NCBI GenBank assembly: GCA_964429815.1
Contig: CAYSCM010000001.1
Span: 192,001 to 256,000, forward strand
Source of the DNA: an uncultured Candidatus Saccharibacteria bacterium
GTDB taxonomy: Bacteria > Patescibacteriota > Minisyncoccia > Phycocordibacterales > CAYSCM01
Length of the DNA stretch: 64,000 nt
Direction of reading: 5' to 3'
Part shown: positions 45,997 through 54,638 of the stretch, piece by piece
Numbering within the stretch: position 1 is the first letter of the stretch
How the letters are laid out: each line of letters begins with the position of its first letter
Notes under the pieces: model-generated
Told to the model about the DNA's origin: nothing
Databases searched by the model: none
Seen by the model: the letters and a program-made list of their open reading frames with translations, nothing else
Position numbers and translations under genes: made by a program

Positions 45997-46263
45997 GCGT
46001 ATTCACAAGGCGAGGTCCCAGAACGTGTCCGACTATATATCTCGGACACTACCTACGCTGTTCGTCTGGTAGCACCAGACGTTAGGGAAAATCCTCTCCC
46101 GTAAAACAATGAGGTCAGGCTGAGGGGGCCTGTGTGTTTGCTCCGCGGACCTCCCGAAAGGAGCGTCGCGTAAAGGAACACAAAACCCCGGGCGAGTGCA
46201 CGTGTTTACTCGCCCCTCTTATCAAATGCATCAATGGTGGTGCATTTGAATGGAGGTCCACAC

Positions 46264-46494
46264 ATGGACAAGTTCGTTGCGTTTGTGCTCGCGAGGCTCT
46301 GCGCGCCGCGCAGATCCGCCTCGAAGCGAAGCGCAACGTCGAGCAGCGTTTTGCGGCATAGCGACGCAACAGCTCTTTTAAGAAAGGAGGGTCGCCATGA
46401 ACAGGCGACTAAGTACAAGCTACGCGACCATCACTCACGGGGTGGTCGCTTTATTTTTGAGACTCGAGAAATTCGATCGCTTTTTGGTTGGTGA
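46264..46494 (+). CDS. possible small ORF (76 aa) overlapping the 3' end of tig
   Basis: RBS GGAGG 7 nt upstream of the ATG. Basic composition. Overlaps the convergent tig by 44 nt. Confidence 0.2.
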   Translation: MDKFVAFVLARLCAPRRSASKRSATSSSVLRHSDATALLRKEGRHEQATKYKLRDHHSRGGRFIFETREIRSLFGW

Positions 46495-47530
46495 GTGCGT
46501 TCGCGACATAGGCACGAACACGGTTTTCGTCAGCGCCCTTGTGGTGCTCAAGGAGGTGCTTTGCTTCACCGGCGATTTCCTCGGGAGAGGGAAGAAGGTT
46601 CTCGCGTATAGCGATTTCGTGGAGTATGAGCTGGAGCCTAGCTCTCTTTTCAGCGTCGGGGCGCCACTCTTTTCTCAAATCATCCTCGCTCTTTTTTATA
46701 TGCGCAAGATAGTCATCGAACTTTCCGCCGAAGCGCTCAACATCGTCGCGAAACTGCAGGAGGAGCTTTCCGAGCTCGCTTTCAACGAGAAGCTCAGGGG
46801 TATCAAAGGAGCTTCCCGCAACGATGGCTTCCATAATGGCACTTCGACGCGATTCGATGGCCCGGCGGCGTTTGTCTTTCACGAGGTCCTCGCGCAGCAT
46901 CTTCTTGAACTCGTCGACGGAGGCGAAAGGACCGAGGGCTTTTACGAACTCATCGGTTATTTCGGGAAGGATTTCCTTGTCACCCTCCCTAGATGCTGAC
47001 GCATCGGGCGAACCTCCGTCTTCGGCGGAGGTTTTAGCCTTCGTCGCTTTGCTTTTGCGCAACTGCGTGAGGGCGTCGTCGAACTCTTTGTCAGTGACCT
47101 CGAACGTCTCCGGAACTTTTTCCTGTTTCATCGCGAGCTTTTTATAGTCAGGAAGAGCGATGTCCGGCTTAACGGTAACGACGATAGAAAAACCGACTGG
47201 ATTTCCCGGTGCAAGCTTGGTGATTGCGATGCGCGGCTCTCCGAGCGGTATGAGCTTGTGCTCCTCTATGAGTTTTGGATAGAGCTCAGAGAGCGCCTCC
47301 TTAGAGGCTTCTTCGAGGAGCGCCATCTCGTCGACCCGCTGGAGGACCATTTCTTTCGGGGCCCTGCCGGGACGAAAGCCGGGAAGTTTGGCCTCTTTCA
47401 CAAAGTGTTCGAGCGCATGCTCACGCAGCCGCGCTATGGTAGCGGTCGGAATTTCGCCGGTGATGATGACGATCGAGCCCTTTTCCTTCTTTACGGAAAT
47501 GTTTTCGTACATGAAATCCGAGTCTAGCAA
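46451..47530 (-). CDS. tig: trigger factor (short form, apparently lacking the FKBP-type PPIase domain)
   Basis: 359 aa. N-terminal ribosome-binding signature GFRPGRAPK and C-terminal helical arm region. No FKBP-like segment recognised. Start may be the internal MYENIS. Confidence 0.75.
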   Translation of the reverse strand: MLDSDFMYENISVKKEKGSIVIITGEIPTATIARLREHALEHFVKEAKLPGFRPGRAPKEMVLQRVDEMALLEEASKEALSELYPKLIEEHKLIPLGEPRIAITKLAPGNPVGFSIVVTVKPDIALPDYKKLAMKQEKVPETFEVTDKEFDDALTQLRKSKATKAKTSAEDGGSPDASASREGDKEILPEITDEFVKALGPFASVDEFKKMLREDLVKDKRRRAIESRRSAIMEAIVAGSSFDTPELLVESELGKLLLQFRDDVERFGGKFDDYLAHIKKSEDDLRKEWRPDAEKRARLQLILHEIAIRENLLPSPEEIAGEAKHLLEHHKGADENRVRAYVANALTNQKAIEFLESQK

Positions 47531-47547
47531 AGGAGGGCGGACAATAC

Positions 47548-47574
47548 AAAATCCGCCCGAGGGCGGATTTTGTG
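47548..47574. terminator. stem-loop AAAATCCGCCC-GA-GGGCGGATTTT between 47588..47953 gene and tig (terminator or attenuator)
   Basis: 11-bp perfect stem flanked by A and T runs. Confidence 0.55.
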
Positions 47575-47587
47575 TCAGGGAGCGTCG

Positions 47588-47953
47588 TTAGAGGGAGTTG
47601 ATGGACGTATCCATCGTCGAAGCGCCCGAATCGAGCGTCGCCAGGTCGGTAGCGTTGAGGTCCGCTTCTATCATCGAGAGATTGTCGGAAGAGCTCAGGC
47701 TAAGGAGCGAATCGGTCGCCGTATCGCCGGTACTCTGCGGCTGCGTTTGCTGCTGCGGCTGCGTCTGCCCGCTCTGCTGCGGCTGTGCGCTTTGCTGCTT
47801 GGAGAGCTTCTCTCCCCAGAAGTAGAGGGCACCGACGATAAGAAGGAGCACGATGATGAAGATGCCGAACATGGGCCCCCACCCGCCGCGCCTCTGCGGT
47901 GCGACTGGAGGGAAGGAGTTCATGTTCATGGGATTTGGTGTCTGTGGGGGCAT
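47588..47953 (-). CDS. hypothetical membrane protein (Pro/Gln-rich, one TM)
   Basis: 121 aa. TM helix MFGIFIIVLLLIVGALYFW. Q/P-rich spacer. Confidence 0.4.
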   Translation of the reverse strand: MPPQTPNPMNMNSFPPVAPQRRGGWGPMFGIFIIVLLLIVGALYFWGEKLSKQQSAQPQQSGQTQPQQQTQPQSTGDTATDSLLSLSSSDNLSMIEADLNATDLATLDSGASTMDTSINSL

Positions 47954-47962
47954 GGGATTTAG

Positions 47963-48613
47963 TTAGTCATTTTGTTTGGTCGAACTTGCCGTTGAGGTCG
48001 CGTGGCCGGGGTTATTGCTCGAGCCAGTCGCTGCGCGGGTGGCTTTCAGCGCATCAACGAGCGCTTTGTGCGCCTCACGGATTGCTTTCACGGTCGGGGC
48101 GATGAGGTCGCGCGCCTTTTTCATGTTCTCGCGCGTCGTTGAAGCATTGAAGGCATTCGCAAAGGCATTGTTGAGGTTGTTCCAGGAGTTTTGGGCCGTG
48201 ACAATGGCGTTGGTCGCGATAGTGAGCTTTGCCTCGGCGTTGCTAGTATCAACACCAGTGGCCTTTATCTTTTGGATGCGCGAGGAAATGCGGTCGGCTA
48301 TTTTCGTGAGCCGATTGATAGCGGCCTGAAGACGAGTAACCACCCGACGAGCAACCTCGAGAATGTGCTGAAGGGCCCGAGCGCGGATGTCCGCGCGGAC
48401 CTGCTCGCGTGTTTGCGTCGAGGTCGCGGAGGCGCTATTGCTCGAAGTACCCTGTGCGAGGGCTGGAGTGGACGATGCGAGGAGCGCGGCGGCAAACGCG
48501 GTCGCTGCGGCGATCCTCATGAGCTTGTGCTTTGAAGAGAGTGACATAGACGTGATTAACGATAAGTACCCTCTAGTATACTCCGCTTCTTTTTGCTGCC
48601 AAGATTTTCCCAT
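47963..48613 (-). CDS. hypothetical secreted protein
   Basis: 216 aa. Signal peptide MRIAAATAFAAALLASSTPALAQG. Ala/Thr/Asn-rich helical protein. Confidence 0.45.
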   Translation of the reverse strand: MGKSWQQKEAEYTRGYLSLITSMSLSSKHKLMRIAAATAFAAALLASSTPALAQGTSSNSASATSTQTREQVRADIRARALQHILEVARRVVTRLQAAINRLTKIADRISSRIQKIKATGVDTSNAEAKLTIATNAIVTAQNSWNNLNNAFANAFNASTTRENMKKARDLIAPTVKAIREAHKALVDALKATRAATGSSNNPGHATSTASSTKQND

Positions 48614-48620
48614 GGGAAAG

Positions 48621-48657
48621 GGAAACCCCGGCCGCGTCCCGCGCGGCCGGGGTTTCT
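48621..48657. terminator. strong GC-rich hairpin AAACCCCGGCCGCG-TCCC-GCGCGGCCGGGGTTT downstream of ppa
   Basis: 14-bp stem with flanking A and T residues. Confidence 0.7.
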
Positions 48658-48668
48658 CAGAGCCTTAT

Positions 48669-49199
48669 CTATTTAGCAAACTTCTCTGTGTACAGTTTCC
48701 TAGCATGAGCGAAGGCCTTGTGTGCTTCCGAAACGCCGTCGAAACTGAGGACTTTTACTTCTACGGGCTTTCCTTTGAGCTGCTTGATGGTTTCAAAGAA
48801 AAGTTTTATCTCGCGGAGGGTGTGGGGGTTGAGATCTCCCACGTCCTTTACATTCTCAAAGCGACGATCTTCAGCTGGCACACCGATAATTTTGTCATCT
48901 GATTCACCCCCGTCGATCATTTTCATTATTCCTACGGGACGAATAGTGACCAAGACCCCTGGATGGAGCGGGAAAGTCGAAAAGAGAAGAACATCTACAG
49001 CATCCCCGTCGTCCCAGAGCGTTTGCGGGACGAAACCATAGTTCACGGGGTAGTGAGTGGGGCCATAGTTTACTCGGTCGAGCTTGATAAGGCCGGTGTC
49101 CTTATCCAGTTCATACTTATTTGAAGACCCTTGTGGGATCTCGACGATAACATTCATCTCCTCCGCACTACCCGCGTCGACATCATGCCAAAGATTCAT
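48669..49199 (-). CDS. ppa: inorganic pyrophosphatase (family I)
   Basis: 176 aa. IPQGSSNKYELDKDTGLIKLDR and DGDAVDVLL signatures. Confidence 0.9.
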   Translation of the reverse strand: MNLWHDVDAGSAEEMNVIVEIPQGSSNKYELDKDTGLIKLDRVNYGPTHYPVNYGFVPQTLWDDGDAVDVLLFSTFPLHPGVLVTIRPVGIMKMIDGGESDDKIIGVPAEDRRFENVKDVGDLNPHTLREIKLFFETIKQLKGKPVEVKVLSFDGVSEAHKAFAHARKLYTEKFAK

Positions 49200-49203
49200 G
49201 GAA

Positions 49204-50433
49204 TTATTCTTTAGTTTCTTTAGTAACTTTCTCGGGAGCGCCCTCTTCTGAGGCTTTTTCTACCCCTGTCGCCACCTCCTTCTCCGGGGCGCCCTCCTCA
49301 TCGAGGGTTTCTCCCTTGAGAGATTGAATATCGATGCGCCAGCCGGTCAATTTCGCGGCAAGGCGCACGTTCTGACCCCCCTTTCCGATCGCAAGGCTCT
49401 GCTGATCATTGGCCACCTCGACGGTTGCTTTGTGCTCGGCCTCGTCGATCGTGACGGAAGCGACTTTCGCGGGGGAGAGAGCGTCCTCGACGAAGGTCTT
49501 CGGGTTTTCGGACCACTCGACGATGTCTATTTTCTCGCCTCCGAGTTCGCTCATGACCGTCGACACGCGCACCCCGCGCTGTCCAACCAGGGAGCCGACC
49601 GGGTCGATGTGCAGATCGGTGCTCGCGACCGCGACCTTGCTCCTTGAGCCTGCCTCGCGCGCGATAGCTTTAATGACCACCGCGCCTGAATTAAGCTCAG
49701 GAGCTTCGAGCATAAAGAGTTTCTCGAGGAATTTTGGGTGCGAGCGACTAAGCCTCAGGTAGGTACCGCGCGGGCTTTCCTCTACCGAGTAGAGGTAGGC
49801 GCGGATGCGCTCGCCCGGGCGGTAGCGCTCGCCCGGGATCTGCTCGTCGTAGGGCAAAATGCCCGTCGCGCGGCCAAGGTCGATGAAAATATTGCCCCGC
49901 TCCATGCGCTGGACGATGCCCGAGACGATTTCTCCCTGGCGTCCGCCAAACTCCTCGAGAATGGAGACTTTTTCTGCCTCGCGAATCTTCTGGATAATGA
50001 CTTGCTTTGCGGTTTGTGCCGCAATGCGGCCGAAATCGCCCTTATCCTCAAGCGGAAAGACCAACTCTTCATCGAGCTGCGCGTCCTTTTTGATGCGGCG
50101 TGCATCTTCTATAAGAATGTGGTGCTCCGGGTTATAGCGGACGCGCTCGTCGGTTGGCTCGCCTTCTTTGGGCTCCGGGAGGGGCTCACCTTCGACGCCT
50201 TCTTCCTCCATCTTGACGCGGCTTTCGTCGACAACAATTTTTACCTGGTAGAAGCTGGTCTTCCCGGTATTGATATCGAAGTCGGCGCGGACGATTTGCC
50301 CGCGCTTTCCGTACTCGCGCTTGTAGGCGGTCGCGAGCGATGCTGCGATTGCCTCGATCATTTTTTCTCGCGGAATGCCGCGCTCCTCCTCGAGCTGATC
50401 TATGACTGAATTGATTACCTTGAGATCGAACAT
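49204..50433 (-). CDS. nusA: transcription termination/antitermination factor NusA
   Basis: 409 aa. N-terminal domain, S1 domain, two KH domains (LAIGKGGQNVRLAAKLTGWRIDI), and an acidic C-terminus. Confidence 0.9.
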   Translation of the reverse strand: MFDLKVINSVIDQLEEERGIPREKMIEAIAASLATAYKREYGKRGQIVRADFDINTGKTSFYQVKIVVDESRVKMEEEGVEGEPLPEPKEGEPTDERVRYNPEHHILIEDARRIKKDAQLDEELVFPLEDKGDFGRIAAQTAKQVIIQKIREAEKVSILEEFGGRQGEIVSGIVQRMERGNIFIDLGRATGILPYDEQIPGERYRPGERIRAYLYSVEESPRGTYLRLSRSHPKFLEKLFMLEAPELNSGAVVIKAIAREAGSRSKVAVASTDLHIDPVGSLVGQRGVRVSTVMSELGGEKIDIVEWSENPKTFVEDALSPAKVASVTIDEAEHKATVEVANDQQSLAIGKGGQNVRLAAKLTGWRIDIQSLKGETLDEEGAPEKEVATGVEKASEEGAPEKVTKETKE

Positions 50434-50539
50434 GTTTTCTGTGTTTGCTGATAAAAGAGAAACCGCCCACTCGGGGCGGTATCAGGTAGGGAGAGTGTAG
50501 CAGCTCTTTGCTGTTTGTCAATACGGCCGCAAGGGTATA

Positions 50540-50567
50540 TTGACAAAATATAAAAAAGTGATATTAT
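50540..50567 (+). promoter_or_regulatory. sigma70-like promoter TTGACA-16-TATTAT (with TG extended -10 context)
   Basis: -35 at 50540..50545, -10 at 50562..50567. An RBS AAGGAGAGG for the 50614 gene follows. Confidence 0.55.
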
Positions 50568-50613
50568 TTGCTCATCCTGTTCCTTACTAACCCTAACCAC
50601 AAGGAGAGGCCAC

Positions 50614-50997
50614 ATGGCCTACTTCACCTTATCCTTCCCGTTTACTGGAGTTTGCTTTGGTCGCATGACCGAGGAGGACTACAGTAACGAGCACTTCCTC
50701 GTTGAGGAGCGAAGCTGCGATTTGGAAGATGAGCGCGAGCTCTTCGCCCAGATCGACATTCCCAAGTGGCGTCTGCCGGGGATAGAGCCTCGCATCAAGC
50801 CGTGGAAGTTGCGGGGGTTGAGAGTGGGTCTGCATAGCGGATACGTTCTCCATCCCCGGGATGAAGAGCCCATACTCTACTCAGCGGTCGAACAGCTTCG
50901 TTTGCTGGAGAGCAGGTGCCCCAGCAACCAAGCAGACCTCGAGCAGATTGTAGGTCACCTTAAGCCCGGCCGGCTGGTGATCTTCATCCACTCATAG
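50614..50997 (+). CDS. hypothetical protein
   Basis: 127-aa ORF with own promoter and RBS. Confidence 0.4.
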   Translation: MAYFTLSFPFTGVCFGRMTEEDYSNEHFLVEERSCDLEDERELFAQIDIPKWRLPGIEPRIKPWKLRGLRVGLHSGYVLHPRDEEPILYSAVEQLRLLESRCPSNQADLEQIVGHLKPGRLVIFIHS

Positions 50998-51147
50998 GTT
51001 TTGACTCCCGGGCGCGCGCCGCGCGCCCGGAAACGGAGGACGGACAAACGTCGGATTAGGGAAACAGGAACAGAGTATCTTAGCCCTCGCGCCAAGCGCG
51101 AGGGCTTTTCTTTATGCATTTCTACTTTTCCTTGGTATTTTTATTTT

Positions 51148-51588
51148 ATGGGTGAAAGACAGTACGCCCACACTCTTTTTGAAACTCCTTTTTGGACAAT
51201 TATATTGAACAAGAATGACCAACGTTATTTAGGTCGATGTATGGTGATTTTGAAACGCCCTTGTGGCGACCTTGCAGATCTTACTGATGAAGAATTTATC
51301 GACTTTAAAAATGTTGTTCAGAGATTAGAGTCGGCTGCGCGGCAAGCATTTACAGCAACCATGTTCAATTGGAGTTGTCTTATGAATCTGGCTTACAGAA
51401 AAAAACCTTCCAACCCTCAAGTTCATTGGCATTTTCGCCCGCGTTACGATCACATCGTGACGGTCGATGGAAAGGAGTTTCAAGATCCAAATTTTGGTTC
51501 CCACTATCTTCAGGATGAAGGTGATGAAATAGCGCCTAGCGAGAAAATACTTCAAGAAATCGCTGTCATACTTAAGCGTTACGTTTAA
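51148..51588 (+). CDS. possible HIT-like (histidine triad) family protein
   Basis: ORF 51001..51588 with probable start MGERQYAHT (ATG 51148). Motif QVHWHFRPR resembles the HxHxH-type HIT signature. Confidence 0.4.
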   Translation: MGERQYAHTLFETPFWTIILNKNDQRYLGRCMVILKRPCGDLADLTDEEFIDFKNVVQRLESAARQAFTATMFNWSCLMNLAYRKKPSNPQVHWHFRPRYDHIVTVDGKEFQDPNFGSHYLQDEGDEIAPSEKILQEIAVILKRYV

Positions 51589-51611
51589 AACTGATTTGAG
51601 ATAGCGCCAAA

Positions 51612-52175
51612 CTAAAGATCTACTGTATCCAAATTTCTTATATCGAGGTTCCCCTTATAAAGGATATGAGGGACGAGGTGGAAAAGAAGCGGGCGTTCGC
51701 CGGCATCAAATTTTTCTTTGTAGTACGCGAGAGTCTCAGGAGGAACTTTTCTATATTCCTCCATTCGGCCCGGATCAAATGGCTGAAAGTCTCGCAGTCG
51801 CGGCACAATACCGGCATCGCGTCGGTACAAACAGGTTGTGGTATTTTCAGGTTCGAAAAGTGAAACGGGAATTTGAAACCACGTACGCGAGAGCTCCATC
51901 GTGGAAGTATCAAACCCCGCTCCTTCAAGGTTTTTGGACAACGTTTTCGGGTGCACTGCGGTGAAGTGGAGTACATCGTTCCACAGGCAATGAAGCGGCG
52001 GAATAGGGGATTCTAAAAGTCTTTCGCGGCCAGCGTATTTCTTTACGTGCTCCGCGTACGCATCCGGATAGATTTCTTTGAGGCGATTGAGGGGGTATAG
52101 AGTCGTCCCTCGAAAATCTTTGACGACTCGATGATAGACGAACGGTCCTTCCATACTAGTGCGGCAAGTGAGCAA
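51612..52175 (-). CDS. hypothetical protein
   Basis: 187-aa ORF with normal composition, convergent with the HIT-like gene. Confidence 0.4.
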   Translation of the reverse strand: MLTCRTSMEGPFVYHRVVKDFRGTTLYPLNRLKEIYPDAYAEHVKKYAGRERLLESPIPPLHCLWNDVLHFTAVHPKTLSKNLEGAGFDTSTMELSRTWFQIPVSLFEPENTTTCLYRRDAGIVPRLRDFQPFDPGRMEEYRKVPPETLAYYKEKFDAGERPLLFHLVPHILYKGNLDIRNLDTVDL

Positions 52176-52794
52176 AATCGTTTAGAGTACGCAGAAGCCA
52201 ACCCTTGTTACTGTTTTCCTCGTCGTATTCGACGTAGGTGATGCCCGTATTTGCTGTTTGAAACCCAAGAATAAAACCTGTCATATCACGGCTTGAAAAA
52301 CCCTCTTTAAAAAGTATGGATCCGGTAATAGCTCGTAAAAAGAAGCCGTGGGTGACCACCAATACATGCGTGTGAGGTAGGTTTTTTAAAAAAGTGAGTG
52401 CCGCTTCCGCTCTTTTCTTCAAATCCTGAAAGTTTTCTTCGTCCGAATAGCGCCAATCGGCTTCATCCCAATGCTGGACTATCTCATCCTCCATGGTGAT
52501 GAAATCTGGGTCACTCTTTTTCATCCTGAAGCTCTGCGAAGGGCGACGACGCTCCACAAAAAGATCAGAAAATTCGATCTCTTTGTTAAGAATTGTAGCG
52601 ATCTCTTCTGCGGTGTGATGAGCTCGCTTCATCGTACTTGAGACGAGGTGATCTATCTCAAGATCAGCAACTCTTTTCGCGATCGCTTTTGCCTGGAGCT
52701 CGCCTTTTTCAGTGAGGGGAGATGAGCCGTCTTGGATTCCTGACCCAATATTTCCTTCGCTCTCACCATGTCGCACAAAATAGAAGCGTCGCAT
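52156..52794 (-). CDS. histidine phosphatase superfamily (phosphoglycerate mutase-like) protein
   Basis: 212 aa. RHGES catalytic motif at the N-terminus (FVRHGESEGN) and a second His region VVTHG. Confidence 0.75.
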   Translation of the reverse strand: MRRFYFVRHGESEGNIGSGIQDGSSPLTEKGELQAKAIAKRVADLEIDHLVSSTMKRAHHTAEEIATILNKEIEFSDLFVERRRPSQSFRMKKSDPDFITMEDEIVQHWDEADWRYSDEENFQDLKKRAEAALTFLKNLPHTHVLVVTHGFFLRAITGSILFKEGFSSRDMTGFILGFQTANTGITYVEYDEENSNKGWLLRTLNDFAHLPH

Positions 52795-52880
52795 CAGGAA
52801 ACACTACCACATCCCCCTCGTACACAGGAAAATGGCGCCGCTAAAGGGCATTTCGCGCTACACTATAGATACGCCGTTCT

Positions 52881-54632
52881 ATGCACGTTGAAGAAAAACA
52901 GCTTAAGGAATTTATCCTTGACTCCGGCCTCGTTTCCCGAAGTGCTGTCGAGAGTGCTGAAAAGGAGGCAAAGGAGCAGCAATCCTCGATAGGTAAGGTT
53001 CTGGTGACCAAGGGATCGCTCTCCGAAGACGATTTGCGCCGGATGCAGGCGTACGTGCTCGGTATTCCCTACGTATCGCTGAAGCGCCAAAAAATCCCCT
53101 TCGAGATACTCTCCCTCATCCCCGAGCCCATCGCACGCAACCACAACATCGTCGCGTTTAACAAGCGCTCCGATAAAGAGCTTGAGGTCGCCATGCTCGA
53201 CACCGATGACCTCGCCGCCATCGAGTTTATCAAGAAAAAGACTGGGCTCAAGATACAGCCGCGCCTCACCGACACGGATTCCATCAAAGAGGTGCTTCTC
53301 CAGTATCAGCGCACGCTCAAGGCCGAGTTCGGCGACATAATTCGCAAAGAAACCGACGCCCTAAAGACGCTCTCAGAGAAGGAGGGTGATCTCTCCGAAG
53401 GGGACCTTAAGAAAATGGCCGAAGACCTCCCCGTCGTGCGTGTCGTCGACGCGCTCCTGCGCCACGCTATCATCCAGGACGCTTCCGACATACACATCGA
53501 GCCGCAGGAGCAGGAGGTTCTCGTCCGCTACCGCCTCGACGGCATTCTCCATGAGGCGATGACACTGCCGCGCTCTGCGGGCGCTTCCATCACGGCCCGC
53601 ATCAAGGTGCTCAGCAATCTCAAGCTCGACGAAAAACGCCTCCCCCAGGACGGCCGTTTCAAAATGGAGCTCAATGGCCAAAAGGTTTCTTTCCGCGTTT
53701 CCATTCTTCCCACCTACTTTGGCGAAAAGACCGTCATGCGTCTTTTGCGTGAGAATCGCTCGGGCTTCACGCTCGAGAGCCTCGGCTTTCACGGCAAAGG
53801 GCTCGACGACATCCACGAGGCCACGAAGCAGACGACCGGTATCATTCTGACCACGGGGCCCACCGGCTCAGGGAAGACGACAACGCTCTACACGGTCCTT
53901 GATATTCTCAACACGCCCGACGTTAATATTTCAACCATCGAAGACCCTATCGAGTACCAGATGCCGCGGGTCAATCAAACGCAGGTAAAACCCGAAATCG
54001 GCTTCACGTTTGCCAATGGATTGCGCAGCCTCCTGCGCCAGGACCCGGACATTCTCATGGTCGGCGAGATACGCGACGCCGAGACCGCGGGACTCGCCAT
54101 CAACGCCGCTCTCACGGGGCACCTCGTCCTCTCGACGCTCCACACTAACTCGGCCGCGGGCTCGATGCCGCGCCTCATCGACATGGGGGTACAGGCGTTT
54201 CTCATGGTCTCGACCATCAAGGTCATCATTGGTCAGCGCCTCGTGCGCAAACTGTGCGCGGACAGGGAAGAACACCAGCTCACCAAAGCGGAAATGGCGC
54301 AGCTCTCTCATGCCGTCGATATGGATAAAGTCCTCGTCGAGCTCAAGGCTGAAAAGATCGTGCCGCAAAACGCGACGTGGAGCACGGTGCCGTTTTACAA
54401 AGCAAAACCTTCGGCGGAGTGCGAAGACGGGTACCGTAGCCGCATCGGTATCCACGAAGTCCTCAAAGTGACACCGACCATCCGCGAACTCATCATCAAA
54501 GGTGCGACGACGGACCAGATCGAAAAGCAGGCACGCGCGGAGGGAATGCTTACCATGCTTGAGGATGGTGTCTTCAAAGCTGCGCAAGGCATTACGACCA
54601 TCGAAGAAGTATTGCGCGTCGTGTACGAATAA
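52881..54632 (+). CDS. pilB: type IV pilus assembly ATPase PilB/GspE family
   Basis: 583 aa. N-terminal GSPII domain, Walker A TGPTGSGKTTT, Asp box, Walker B DPDILMVGEIRD, His box LVLSTLHTN. Confidence 0.9.
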   Translation: MHVEEKQLKEFILDSGLVSRSAVESAEKEAKEQQSSIGKVLVTKGSLSEDDLRRMQAYVLGIPYVSLKRQKIPFEILSLIPEPIARNHNIVAFNKRSDKELEVAMLDTDDLAAIEFIKKKTGLKIQPRLTDTDSIKEVLLQYQRTLKAEFGDIIRKETDALKTLSEKEGDLSEGDLKKMAEDLPVVRVVDALLRHAIIQDASDIHIEPQEQEVLVRYRLDGILHEAMTLPRSAGASITARIKVLSNLKLDEKRLPQDGRFKMELNGQKVSFRVSILPTYFGEKTVMRLLRENRSGFTLESLGFHGKGLDDIHEATKQTTGIILTTGPTGSGKTTTLYTVLDILNTPDVNISTIEDPIEYQMPRVNQTQVKPEIGFTFANGLRSLLRQDPDILMVGEIRDAETAGLAINAALTGHLVLSTLHTNSAAGSMPRLIDMGVQAFLMVSTIKVIIGQRLVRKLCADREEHQLTKAEMAQLSHAVDMDKVLVELKAEKIVPQNATWSTVPFYKAKPSAECEDGYRSRIGIHEVLKVTPTIRELIIKGATTDQIEKQARAEGMLTMLEDGVFKAAQGITTIEEVLRVVYE

Positions 54633-54638
54633 ACGCCC

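Noticed and set aside
46397-46999. 200-aa plus-strand ORF
   Set aside because: Antisense to the trigger factor gene.
49738-50409. 223-aa plus-strand ORF
   Set aside because: Antisense to nusA.
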